Positions 13,596-25,847 of a stretch of 64,000 nt of DNA are shown here, one piece after another. A program made the position numbers and the translations under genes. The stretch's first letter is position 1; every line of letters starts with the position of its first letter. Below the pieces are notes generated by a model that did no database searches, was not told the origin of the DNA, and saw only the letters and a program-made list of their open reading frames with translations. The DNA comes from Mobula birostris (taxonomy: Eukaryota): assembly GCF_030028105.1 (NCBI RefSeq), contig NC_092382.1, forward strand, positions 31,971,792 through 32,035,791, written 5' to 3'.

Positions 13596-14220
13596 TAACC
13601 ATTCACCCTGACTTGTAATGGCTGCCTCTTTCATCTTGAGTCTCTAGACTTTAATCCTGTACTCAGTGATGTGGGAGAGCAAATTCAAACTCACATATGA
13701 ACTCCGATGTTTATGTGTTTCAGTATGAACTCCACTCAAAATGCCTTCCAGGAAACAGCGTGCTTCCAAAAGCACAATCTGTCCCTGAACCCAGTATCCG
13801 CTCTGGTATATTTCTTCTGCACCATTTCTGAATCCCTAGCTTGCCTCCTGTCATATGCTGAGGAGGCAGGAAAAAATAACTTTCAACACGGCCAATAGTT
13901 CTGTTCCTGCTATGCACGCATTCCAGACTTCAATAATTGTTGTTTCGGAAACAAATCCCAGGACCCGTTGTGCCGTGTGAAACACTTCCTCGTCCTGCAT
14001 CTCCGCATCTAAAAAGGGTCTGTTCATGTTCCCCCACAAATAATGCCTGACTCGCCAATTTCCTCCAGCTCCAGTTTGTGTCCCCTTCTTCGTTCACCGG
14101 CTGCATCGCAAATTCGTGTTAAAGCTTCCAATAACCCACTTCTGCCAAAAAGAAAAATCTTCCGCACTAAATGAAAGTAGAGGTGACATTCGGGAAAAAA
14201 AAATAAAAACATGCATTTAC

Positions 14221-14341
14221 CCCTCAGTGTTCCTGGTGATCAACCATCCACTGACTACGCCGATCATGGTCACGCCAAGGAAAAATACCACAATGGCCAC
14301 GATTGCGCCAGAGCTGAGGATACATTTGCCATCTGTTTTTT
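14221..14341 (-). CDS. CEACAM-like gene A, transmembrane exon
   Basis: 121-nt phase 1-2 exon EKTDGKCILSSGAIVAIVVFFLGVTMIGVVSGWLITRNTEG; paralogous to 42937-43057. Confidence 0.85.
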
Positions 14342-14717
14342 CTGTTAACACACAAAGAAAATGAATATCTTACATTCCGAGAACACGTCTTTATCAGTGA
14401 CAAATTCATTTTCACAGCAATTTGACTGGGTCAGTTTAGAGTTGTATATTGTCTCACAAGGATTACCCCCCGAATGAAAGCGTTAACATGCGTTGAACGT
14501 TTAATTGGTCTGGGTGTGCAGTCGTTTGAATTTACAAGGATTGTCGGGGGGTGGGGGCGTGGAGGGAACCGCATTGAAACTTTCAACGAATGTTGGAAGG
14601 TCTAGACAGAGTAGATGTGGAAAGTGTGTTTCATGCAGTGGGAGTGTCTCGGATATGGAGGCACAACCTGAGAATAGAGGGGTGTCAATTTAAAATAGTG
14701 ATGCGCGGATATTTCTG

Positions 14718-16597
14718 CATAAGACCATAAAACAAAGGAGCAGAAGTCCGCCATTCGGCCTATCGAGTCTGCTCCGCCATTTTATCATGAGCTAATCCAT
14801 TCTCCCATTTAGTCCCACTCCCCCGCCTTCTCACCCTAACCTTTGATTCCTTGGCTACTCAGATACCTATCAATCTCTGCCTTAAATGTGACTTAGCCTC
14901 CACTGCCACCGTGACAACAAATTCCATAGATTCACCACCCTCTGGCTGAAAGAAACTTCTTCTCATCCCCGTTCTGAATGGGCGCCCTTCAATCCTTAAG
15001 TCGTGGCCTCTCGTACCAAACCCCGCCATCATGGGAAACAGGTTTGCCACATCCACTCTGTCTATGCCGTTCAACATTCGAAATGTTTCTATGAGATCTC
15101 TCCTCATTCTTCTAAACTTCAAGGAATACAGTCCGAGTGCGGATAAACTTTCCTCATATGTTAACTCTCTTATTCCTGAAATCATTCCAGTGAATCTTCT
15201 CTGCACCCTCTCCAACGTCAGCACATCCTTTCTTAAATAAGGAGCCCAAAACTGCCCACAATACTCCAAGTGAGGTCTTACCAGCGCCTCATAGAGCCTC
15301 AAAATCTCATCCCTGCTGCTATACTCTATTCCGCAGGAAATGAATGCCAACATTGCATTCGCCTTCTTGACCACAGACTCAACCTGGAGGTTAATCTTAC
15401 GGGTTTCCTGGCACGAGGACTCCCAAATCCCGTTGCACCTCAGAATTCTGAATTCTCTCCCCATTTAAATAATAGTCTGCCGGTTTATTTCTTCTGCCAA
15501 AGTGCATAATGATACACTTTCCAACATTGTATTTCATTTGTCACTGCTTTGCCCATTCTTCCAAGCTATCCAAGTCTCTCTGCAGACTCTCCGTTTCCTC
15601 AGCACTACCGGCCCCTCCACCCTATCTTTGTAGCATCAGCAAACTTAGCCACAAAGCCATTTATTCATTAATCCAAATCGTTGATGTGCAACGTAAGAAG
15701 AAGCGGCCCCAAGACGGACCCCTGTGCAACACCACTGTTAACCGGCAGCCAACCAAAATAGGATCCCTTCAATCCAAATCTCTGTTTCCTGCCAATCGGC
15801 CAACGCCCTATCCATGTATGTAAATTTCCCGTAATTCCATGGGCTGTTGTCTTGTTAAGCAGCCTCATGTGTGGCACCTTGTCAAAGACAGTCTGAAAAT
15901 CTAAATATACAACATCCACCTCATCTGCCTGGTCTAGTCTGCTGGTAATTTCCTCAAAAAATTATTATAGGTTTGTCAGGAAGGATTTTCCTTTCAGGAA
16001 TCCATGCTGAGTTCTGCCTATCTTGTCATATGCCTCCAGGTGCTCCGTATCCGTAACCTCATCCTTGACAGCAGACTCCAACAACTTCCCAACCACCGAT
16101 GTCAAGCTAACAGGTCTATAATTTCCCTTTTGCTTTCTTGACCCCTTCTTAAATAGCGGAGTGACATTTCCAATCTTTCACTCCTCCGGAACCATGCCAG
16201 AATCTATCGACTTTTGAGCGATCATTGCTAATGCCTTTGCAATCTCCACAGCTACATCCTTCAGAACACGAGGGTGCATTGCATCTGGTCCGGGAGATTT
16301 ATCTACCTTTAGACCATTCAGCTTCCTGAGCACTTTCTCTGCTGTAATTGTGACTACGCACATTTCACTTCCCTGCCACCCTTGAGTGTCCGGTATACTG
16401 CTGATGTCTTCCTCAATGAAGACTGATGCAAAATACTCGTTCAGTTCCTCCGCCATCTCCGTATCTCCCATTACAATTTCTCCAGTATAATTTTCTATCG
16501 GTCCTATATCTACACTCAACTCTCTTTTTCTCTTTATATACCTGATAAAGCTTTTAGTATCCTCTTTCATATTATTTGCTAGCTTCCTTTCATAGTT
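14718..16597 (-). mobile_element. 5'-truncated CR1 LINE in gene A intron 2
   Basis: Identical to 493-2372. Confidence 0.9.
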
Positions 16598-17149
16598 TCA
16601 GATTCCTCGCTTCTGCTGAAAATACCGTGAACATCCCAATAATCTGTATTGTTGACTTCACAAACTTCTATATGGTCAGGCCAAGGCCTTCCACGCTCCG
16701 AGGATAACTTGAACAATCTCCCATTCCAGTAGCATCCTTGTGAATTTTTTCAGCGCCTTTAAGGCTGAATGAAATTCTTCTCAGAATTCTTTCTGCCTAT
16801 TCGAGGAATGATAATGCAATTCCTAACCATAAGCTTCAAGGTGAATTTTATGTCCCATCAAAACATCTAACCCTACAGTAAAATTCGTCATTCGCGTCAT
16901 ATCACCTCAGCGGGAATCTTGATGGCCTAAGCCCGCAAGCGTCGACTCGACCCTGGCTCCTGGAATGCAGTCCCAAAACTTACTAAAGCTAATTGCACCT
17001 CTTTCAGATGTTTGGGGGGACCGGAGCTCCCATTGTCATTCGGACTGACAAAGGGCTGAGGCCCGGAACGTCGACCGTACCTCTTCCTATAGATGCTGCC
17101 TGGCCTGCTGCGTTCCACTAGCATTTTGTGTGTGTCACTCAAAGATGGT

Positions 17150-18245
17150 TGCTTAGCTCACTGATATACGCTCTCTTCACACACGACGACGTGACTAGTG
17201 ACAGATCATATTCTAAACGTCAAATTGCCGATGATACAACTATTGTTGACAGAATTTTCGATGCAACGATAAGGCATACGGGAGAGTGACAGATCAGCTT
17301 GGTGACAGGTGCCGCAACAATTACCTTGTACTCAACTTCACTGAGTCTGAGGACGTGATTTGAACATCAAGAAGGGTTAGTCGAGTGCAAACACACACCA
17401 GTCCTCATCGAGGGAACGGAAGTGGAAAGGGCGAGCGGTCTCAAGATGCTGGATGTCAACCTCTCTGAGGTTCGACCCTGGGCCGAACATATTGATGCAT
17501 TTGCAATGAAGGCACCGCGGCGGCCATTTTTCATCAGTAGTTTGAGGAGATCTGATATGTTACAGAAGATACTCGCAAATTTCTACAGATGTACCGTGGG
17601 GAGCATTCCAACTGTTTGCCGGACGTGCTGGTCCTGGACCCAGCACACAAGTGCAATAGCGAAGATTGCATAGCAGCTCCTCGACTTCCTTTGGAGATTG
17701 TGAAGATTCGTCATGCCGTCTCCCTTCGATAGATGTGTAATGCTGAATGTATTGACCTATTGCTTCGCGGCCTGGTATGAGAAAAATCAATGCTTTTGAA
17801 TGGAAAATTCTATAAAAAGTAGTGGTCACGGCCCAGTTCATCACCGGTAAAGCCCTCCCAAGCACTGAGTGCATCTACATGAACGGCTGTCGGATGAAAA
17901 CATAATTTGCCCTCAAATATCCTCACCACCCAGGACATGCTATTTTCGCGATGCTGACATCAGGTAGCAGGTACAAGAACCTCAGGACTCACACCACCAC
18001 GTTCAGGAACAGTTACAACCCTTCAGCCATCAGGCTCTAGAACAAAGCGGATAACTACACCCACTGGCCATCCAGTGACATGTTCCCACAACCAATGATC
18101 TCAGTTTAAGGACCCTTACCCCGTGATTTCATGTCCTGAGTATTTATGACTATTTATTTATATTTGTATTTGCACTGTATGTTGTCTTGTCCACTCCCGT
18201 GGATTGTTCATTGATCCTGTTGTAGTTACTAATCTACAGCTTTAC
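17150..18245 (+). mobile_element. Degenerate Rex1/Babar-type LINE 3' part
   Basis: Remnants KIADDTTIV and HPGHAIFAMLTSGSRYKNLRTHTTTFRNSY; homologous copies lie in intron 2 of genes B and C. Confidence 0.65.
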
Positions 18246-18536
18246 TGGGACGGGAGAGAGTTGAACAGTCCGCAAATTGGGACCGGCAGGGTGCGCTAGA
18301 GGCGAGGTTCACCACCCACAGCCACCGATCATAGCCGAACGTTGTCCGAGAGGATCTTCAAACTAAATCTAATGCGGATCTGTGTTGTTCACTTGGTACA
18401 ATTTTTTTTTCATTCAGAAACAATGGGTCATCCAACAACTACAAGTACAGGTCATATTGTATTCTGTCGCCACAGGAATAAAAATGAATGTTATAGTCCG
18501 AGATTGCATGACTCTGTAAAGCTTTGTCTCACTTAC

Positions 18537-18854
18537 CAATAACACGCAGAAAGATGGTCGCTGAGGTTCGGGAGCCATTAGTTGGAACGATCGTCACACG
18601 GTATTCCCCATTGTCCAACATGTTCACCGACTTCAGCAGAAGCGACCCATTGGAGATGAATACATAAGCCCGCGATGTGTAGGCCTTGTCAACGGTCACG
18701 GTCTGGCCGATCCACTGGGCGATTTTTTTCCCCTTAAAAATCCAGTTTCCACTGATGACATTGCCCGACGGCCGCACTGAAAAGAGCGCATCTCCCCCGA
18801 CGGTGACATTTATCTGGCTGTGCTCAACGAAAATGGTAAACTGCTGAGACTCAC
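18537..18854 (-). CDS. CEACAM-like gene A, exon 2: IgV (N) domain without the canonical disulfide
   Basis: 318-nt phase 1-1 exon, polypyrimidine/CAG acceptor and GTAAGT donor. Reads GESQQFTIFVEHSQINVTVGGDALFSV...SRAYVFISNGSLLLKSVNMLDNGEYRV...LRVI, with NGSLLL and DxGxY motifs and no Cys, as in CEACAM/HEPACAM/CD2-type V domains. Confidence 0.9.
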
Positions 18855-19056
18855 CTGACAGAGAGAAAATCGTATGAGAGAAAAGCGACAGACACGGATA
18901 GAATCGAGAACTGCACGTAACTCAATCTGTACAAATACCAGGGGTATCTACATAGCTCAGTAACGTCGACCCTTATAACCCTGATGTTCATGACTCCAAC
19001 CACCCGCCACTCTGATGATTATCCGACCACTGACTGTTCGAGAGAGTGACCCTCAC

Positions 19057-19108
19057 CCGCCGTTATGCAGAGACAAAGAACGAGCGCTGCGAAGGGCAGT
19101 CCCGACAT
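19057..19108 (-). CDS. CEACAM-like gene A, exon 1 (signal peptide MSGLPFAALVLCLCITAG)
   Basis: ATG at 19108-19106, hydrophobic leader, phase-1 GTGAG donor; same peptide in genes B and C. Confidence 0.85.
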
Positions 19109-19157
19109 CCCGACAGAGAGCAGCGCCGATCTCTGTTACACTCGGAGACTGAGCTGC

Positions 19158-19218
19158 ACTTCCGGGTTTGCGCGGCAGATAATTGGATTCTGACGTCACA
19201 AGCGGCAGCACTGATTGG
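19158..19218 (-). promoter_or_regulatory. Gene A proximal promoter: CCAAT box, CRE (TGACGTCA), ETS (CCGGAAGT)
   Basis: ATTGG 19214-19218, TGACGTCA 19191-19198, ACTTCCGG 19158-19165; same order and spacing in B and C. Confidence 0.6.
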
Positions 19219-20104
19219 ATCAGATATTCTGTACTCTGCTCAAAATCCAGATCAATTGTTGTGTGCTGTTATACAAATATCTGCTGCTGTGTTGAATCCG
19301 ATAATAATCTCAAAGAGAGTTTTTCTCACCCATCGATATGAACGGAAAGTGAGTGAGTAAAGCGAGCGTCGTCCACGCGATCTCGAGAGAGAGGCGCCTG
19401 TCTCTGTTACACTGGGAGAGTGAGCCACATTTCCTGATCTCCATTGAAGAGCTCGGTAGTCCTGATCTGAAAAGCCGGAGCTGATTGGATCGCACAGCGA
19501 GAAGGCGGAGACTGAACGAACATAAAACGCTGTTGGAACAGGAGGCTATTCAGCCCTTGATATTCTCCCATGGTCCTCTATCAGCTCACGTAGCATTTTT
19601 CTGAAAACTATTTTCCTACGAGATTGAGAGACTGGTCGGGTGTTGGTGCCGCATTAATTTTTGAACCGACAAACAACAATACCAAGGAATTGATTGCATC
19701 TTCACGAAGCAGAAACAGGGAGAACACATCAGCCCTCATTCAAGGGTCGACGGTAAGGGTGAGCAGTTTCACGCTCCTTCCAAACGATCTCTGCTTTGCC
19801 TCACATATTTTTGCATTCACAAAGAAAGATCCGTCAGCGGTTGTATTCTACTACGTGATTGAAGAAATTTGGTATTGGTATGTCACTCAAAATCGCGAAC
19901 TACACAAGATGGGAAGCATTCTGACTGGCGCCATTGCCGTCTGGTTAGCAGGCTCCAATGCACAGGATCGGCAAAGATTGTAGAGGGTTGTGTACACAAT
20001 CACATCCATCACGGTACAAACCTCCCCATAACCCAGGACATCTTCAGAAGGTGGTGCCTTAACGATACCAGGCACAGAATTAAGGGCTACCAACGTCCGT
20101 GACA

Positions 20105-20561
20105 TGGTCTCTTCTCATTACCACCATTCGGGATAAGTTCTTGTCTCATTGCGACGATCCTGGGTATGCTCTTGTCTCATTACTACCATCTGGGATGTGT
20201 TCCTGTCTCACCATCCGGGGTATGCTCTAGTCTCATTACTACCATCCGGGATATGCTCTTGTCTCATTACTACCATCCGGAATATGCTCTTGTCTCATTA
20301 CTACCATCCGGGATGTGCTCTTGTCTCACCATCCGGGATATGCTCTAGTCTCATTACTACCATCCGGGGTATGCACTTGTCTCATTACTACCATCCAGGA
20401 TATGTTCTTGTCTCACCATCCGGGATATGCTCTAGTCTCATTGCTACCATCCGGGGTATGCTCTTGTCTCATTACTACCATCCGGGGTATGCTCCTGTCT
20501 CCTAACTACAATCCGAGATATGTTCTTGTCTCATTGCGACCATCCGGGGTATGCTCTTGTC
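20105..20561 (+). repeat. Minisatellite, about 31-bp unit ATGCTCTTGTCTCATTACTACCATCCGGGGT with 23-bp variants
   Basis: Directly visible tandem array. Confidence 0.9.
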
Positions 20562-20619
20562 TCTTTCCTAACATCTGGACTACAGAGTGTCGTGGGAGCT
20601 GAATTCTGAAGGAAGGCAA

Positions 20620-23600
20620 TTTTTTTTTAAAAACTTCTTCGAGTGCAAGAAGGACGAGACTGCGCTGGCGCGTGACGTCAACAGAACAGCGCGGAGAGTT
20701 TTAAAAGGAGACCACCCTATACAGCGGGCAGCGGAGTGTGTGGGAGCAGAGTTCAGGGCTTTGGCTTCAAGGGGCTTCGGCGGTAAACGGGAAGAGGTGA
20801 GAGCAGAGCGCCAACTCTTTTTTTATTTTCTTCCCCCCGCCCCTTTCTCGAATCGACCCAGAAAGACAGGAACAGCAGGGCTCTCACAGCTAACGGTACG
20901 AGCTAACAATTTAAAAAGTTTATCTGTTTGGCGAGGTAAGTGGGTGTGTAGACTTATTTTTCCTGTTTTATTCCTGTAGAATTAGATAGCATGCCTGCAG
21001 GGTTAGTACTTTGTTCAGGGTGTCAGATGTGGGAATCCCGGGAGACCTCCAGCCCCACTGAAAGCCACATTTGCGCCAGATGCACCGAGATGCAGCTCCT
21101 CAGAGACCGAGTTAGAGATCTGGAGCTGCAGCTTAATGACCTACTGCTTATCAGGGGAAGTGAAGAGGTGATAGACAGGAGCTACAGGGAGGTAGTCATC
21201 TCTAGGCTACAGGGGTCAGAAAACTGGTTCACTGTCAGGAGAGGGAAGGGAAAAGCCCGGATAGTGGAGAGCACCCCTGTGGCTGTCCCCCTCAGCAACA
21301 AATATCTTGTTCTGGATGCTGTTGAGGAGGATGACCTGACAGGGGACGCCCACGGTGACCGGGTCTCTGGCACTGAGCCTGGAGCTGTTGTGCAGGATAG
21401 AAGGAGGGTGAAGAGAGATGCGATAGTCGTGGGGGATTCCATAGTCAGGGGAACAGACAGGAGATTCTGTGAGCCTGACAGAGATACCCGCATGGTGTGT
21501 TGCCTCCCAGGTGCCAGGGTACGGGATGTCTCGGATCGGGTCCTGAATATTCTGAAGGGGGAGGGTGAGCAGCCAGTTGTCTTGGTTCATGTTGGTACCA
21601 ATGACATAGATAGGACAAAGGAAGAGGTCCTGAAGAGAGATTTTCAGGAGTTAGGAAGGAAGCTGAGAAGCAGGACCTCCAGGGTAGTAATCTTGGGATT
21701 GCTACCTGTGCCATGTGCTAGCAAGGGCAAGAATAGTCCGATCAGGCAGATGAATGCGTGGCTGAGAGACTGGTGCAAGGGGCAGGGCTTCAGATTCTTG
21801 GATCATTGGGATCTCTTCTGGGGGAAGTATGACCTGTTCAAAAAAGACAGGTTACACCTGAACCTGAAGGGGACCAATATCCTGGCGGGAAAATTTAATA
21901 GAGCTGTTAGGGAGGGTTTAAACTAATTTGGCAGGGGGATGGGAACCGGAATGATAGAACAGAGGAAGGGGAAAACAGAAATAAATCTAAGATAGTGAGC
22001 AGTAAAGATATCAGGAAAAACAGGCAGGTGATGGGGCAAATTTGTAGCCATTGGGATGAGTTGCAGTGCAATAAAGTTGCAGTGAAATCAAAGATAAAAG
22101 TATTAAATACTGGTCTTAAGGTGTTGTACTTAAGTGCACGCAGCATAAGGAATAAGGTTGGATGATCTTGTCGTACAGCTACAGATTGGCAGGTATGATA
22201 TTGTGGCCATCACTGAGACCTGGCTAAAGGATGCATGTCTCTGGGAGCTGAACGTCCAATGATAAACGGTGTATAGGAAGGATAAGAAGGTAGGCAGAGG
22301 GGGAGGCATATCTTTATTGGTAAGAAATGATATTAAATCATTAGAAAGAGGTGATATAGGATCGGAAGGTGCAGAATCTTTATGGGTTGAGCTAAGAAAT
22401 CGCAGGGGTAAAAGAACCCTGATGGCAGTGATTTATAGGCCTCCAAACAGCTGCAGTGATGTGGACTACAAATTACAACAGGAAATAGAAAAGGATTGTC
22501 AGCAGGGCAGTGTTATGATAATTGTGGGGGATTTTAACATGCGAGTAGATTGGGAAAATCAGGTCGGCACTAGATCTGAAGATAAAGAATTTGTAGAACG
22601 TCTGCAAGATGGCTTTAAAGAACAGCTTGCTGTTGAGCCCACTAGGGGGTCGGCTGTACTGGATTGGGTATTGTGTAATGAACCGGAGGTAATTAGAAAG
22701 ATTGAGGTGAAGGAACGCTTAAGAGGCAGTGATCATAACATGATTGAGTTCACTGTGAAATTTGAAAAAGAGAAGCCGAAATCTGATGTGTCGGTATTTC
22801 AGTGGAGTAAAGGAAATTACAGTGGCATGAGAGAGGAACTGGCCAAAGTTGACTGGAAAGAGACATTGGCGGGAAAGACGGCAGAGCAGCAGTGGCTGGA
22901 GTTTATGCGAGAAATGAGGAAGGTGCAAGACACGTATATTCCAAAAAAGAAGAAATTTTCGAATGGGAAAAGGATGCAACCGTGGTTGTAGTCAAGAGAA
23001 GTCAAAGCCAAAGTTAAAGCAAAAGAGAGGGCATACAAGGAAGCAAAAAATAGCAGGAAGACAGAGGATTGGGAAGTTTCTAAAACCTTACAAAAGGAAA
23101 CTAAGAAGGTCATTAAGAGGGAAAAGATTAACTATGAAAGGTTTTAGCCGATAACATAAAAGAGGATACTAAAAGCTTTTTCAAGTATATAAAGAGTAAA
23201 AGACAGGTGAGAGTAGATATAGGACCGATAGAATATGATGCTTGAGAAATTGTAATGGGGGATAAGGAGATGGCAGAGGAACTGGACGAGTATTTTGCAT
23301 CAGTCTTCACTGAGGAAGACATCAGCAGTATACCGGAAACTCAAGGTTGGCAGGGAAGAGAAGTGTGCGCAGTCACAATTACGACAGAGAAAGTACTGAG
23401 AGAGCTGAATAGTCTAAAGGTAGATAAATCTCCGGGACGAGATGGAATGCACCCGCGTGTTCTGAAGGAAGTAGCTGTGGAGATTGCGGAGGCATTAGCG
23501 ATGATCTTTCAAAAGTCGATAGATTCTGGCATGGTTCCGGAGGACTGGAAGATTGCAAATGTCACTCCGTTATTTAAGAAGGGGGCAAGGAAGCAAAAAG

Positions 23601-25006
23601 GAAATTGTAGACCTGTTAGCTTGACATCGGTGGTTGGGAAGTTGTTGGAGTCGATTGTCAAGGATGAGGTTACAGAGTACCTGGAGACATATGACGAGAT
23701 AGGCAGAACTCAGCATGGATTCCTCAAAGGAAGATCCTGCCTGACAAACCTATTACAATTTTTTGAGGAAATTACCAGTAGGCTAGACAAGGGAGATGCA
23801 GTGGTTGTTGTATATTTGGATTTTCAGAAGGCCTTTGACAAGATGCCACACATGAGGCTACTTAACAAGATAAGAGCCCATGGAATTACGGGAAAGTTAC
23901 ATACGTGGATAGAGCGTTGGCTGATTGGCAGGAAACAGAGAGTGGAAATAAAGGAATCCTATTCTGGTTGGCTGCCGGTTACCAGTGGTGTTCCACAGGG
24001 TCGGTGTTGGGGCCGCTTCTTTTTACATTGTACATCAACGATTTGGATCATGGAATAGATGGCTTTGTGGCTAAGTTTGCTGACGATACGAAGATAGGTG
24101 GAGGGGCCTGTAGTGCTGAGGAAACGGAGAGTCTGCAGAGAGACTCGGATAGATTGGAAGAATGGGCAGAGAAGTGGCAAATGAAGTACAATGTTGGCAA
24201 GTGTATGGTTATGCACTTTGGCAGAAAAAAATAAACGGGCAGACTATTATTTAAATGGGGAAAGAATTCAAAGTTCTGAGATGCAACGGGACTTGGGAGT
24301 CCTCGTACAGGTTACCCTTAAGGTTAAACTCCAGGGTGAGTCGGTGGTGAAGAAGGTGAATGCAATGTTGGCATTCATTTCCACAGGAATAGAGTATAGG
24401 AGCAGGGACGCAATGTTGAGGCTCTATAAGGCGCTGGTGAGACCTCATTTGGAGTACTGCGGGCAGTTTTGATCTCCTTATTTAAGAAAGGATGTGCTGA
24501 CGTTGGAGAGGGTACAGAGAAGATTCACTAGAATGATTCCGGGAATGAGAGGGTTAACACATGAGGAACGTTTGTCCGTTCTTGGACTGTATTCCTTGGA
24601 GTTTAGAAGAATGAGGGGGGACCTCATAGAAATATTTCGAATGTTAAAAGGCATGGACAGATTGGATGTGGCAAAGTTGCTTCCCATGATGGGGGAGTCT
24701 AGTACGACAGGGCATGACTTAAGGATTGAAGGGCGCCCATTCAGAACAGAAATGCGAAGAAATGTTTTTAGTCAGAGGGTGGTGAATCTATGGAATTTGT
24801 TGCCACGGGCAGCAGTGGAGGCCAAGTCATTTGGTGTAATTAAGGCAGAGATTGATAGGTATCTTAGTAGCCAGGGAATCAAAGGTTATGGTGAGAAGGC
24901 CGGGGAGTGGGACTAAATAGGAGAATGGATCAGCTCATGATAAAATGGCGGAGCAGACTCGATGGACCGAATGGCCTGATTCTGCTCCTTTGTCTTATGG
25001 TCTTAT
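20620..25006 (+). mobile_element. Near full-length CR1-clade LINE (5' end approximate)
   Basis: 5'UTR, ORF1, then an ORF2 broken by stops and frameshifts (endonuclease YRPP/GDFN/SDH; RT YLDFQKAFD, KFADD); tail TCTTATGGTCTTAT at 24993-25006. Confidence 0.95.
20991..21926 (+). CDS. CR1 ORF1p: zinc finger/leucine zipper plus SGNH esterase
   Basis: 311 aa; CxxC...CxxC, heptad leucines, GDSIVRG, HVGTND, DRLHLN. Confidence 0.9.
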   Translation: MPAGLVLCSGCQMWESRETSSPTESHICARCTEMQLLRDRVRDLELQLNDLLLIRGSEEVIDRSYREVVISRLQGSENWFTVRRGKGKARIVESTPVAVPLSNKYLVLDAVEEDDLTGDAHGDRVSGTEPGAVVQDRRRVKRDAIVVGDSIVRGTDRRFCEPDRDTRMVCCLPGARVRDVSDRVLNILKGEGEQPVVLVHVGTNDIDRTKEEVLKRDFQELGRKLRSRTSRVVILGLLPVPCASKGKNSPIRQMNAWLRDWCKGQGFRFLDHWDLFWGKYDLFKKDRLHLNLKGTNILAGKFNRAVREGLN

Positions 25007-25709
25007 TGTCCTTACTAAAGTGTCACACTTCGATTGGGAAGGTTGCTCGGAAAGTGCTGCCACGTGGGGAGTTCCCGGCTTCGGAACCCACCAGTGTGAA
25101 GGCACAGTGGACAGATTTCGGAGTGCAGGCACCAGAGGGTGGTGGGGCTCCTCGTTTTCTATTTTGCCCTTCAGCCGCAGACAGCAGGAGATGCCGGGTG
25201 GGGAGTGAGACTTCAGGAGGGGCGAGCGAATTCACCCTGGTGAGTAAAGATGGTGCAATTCTGTAAACGTTGCACACATCGACCACTAGGTGTCGCTGGT
25301 GAAGAAAGGCAACTGCAGCAGTTTGTTCTGCAGCAGTGTCCAACTCCACACTGTCTGCTAGCAATAGATAAGAGAGAAAAGGGAAACTGTGGGAATGACT
25401 TCCTCATAGTTCTTCAACGGTTCAATTAAACAATAAATAATACAAAACAGAACCCACTTTCTGATGCTTCTGTCCCTCTAATCCACAGGATAGTTCACGG
25501 CGGACAAAATACAGGGTGATTTAAACATCGAAGTAAATAACAGCTTATTTTTCCATCAGGACCTGAGGCTTTAGTAATTGTAGCATTCAGACTGCATACA
25601 AGACTTCTCAAACCACTCTTAAGCGTTGAATCCGTTCCATGAGACTGTAATGAAAACTAAACCACAGACCACACAACCCATCCCCCAGCAGTTTCCTCTA
25701 ACCTGCTCT

Positions 25710-25847
25710 NNNNNNNNNNNNNNNNNNNNNNNNNNNNNNNNNNNNNNNNNNNNNNNNNNNNNNNNNNNNNNNNNNNNNNNNNNNNNNNNNNNNNNNNNNN
25801 NNNNNNNNNNNNNNNNNNNNNNNNNNNNNNNNNNNNNNNNNNNNNNN
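25710..25847. other. Assembly gap
   Basis: N run. Confidence 1.

Noticed and set aside
20105-20561. Regular repeats resembling a CRISPR array
   Set aside because: Head-to-tail units with no unique spacers, no cas genes and a vertebrate context; it is a minisatellite
22269-24916. Reverse transcriptase as a retron, DGR or group II intron system
   Set aside because: APE endonuclease, esterase ORF1 and microsatellite tail identify an ordinary CR1 LINE
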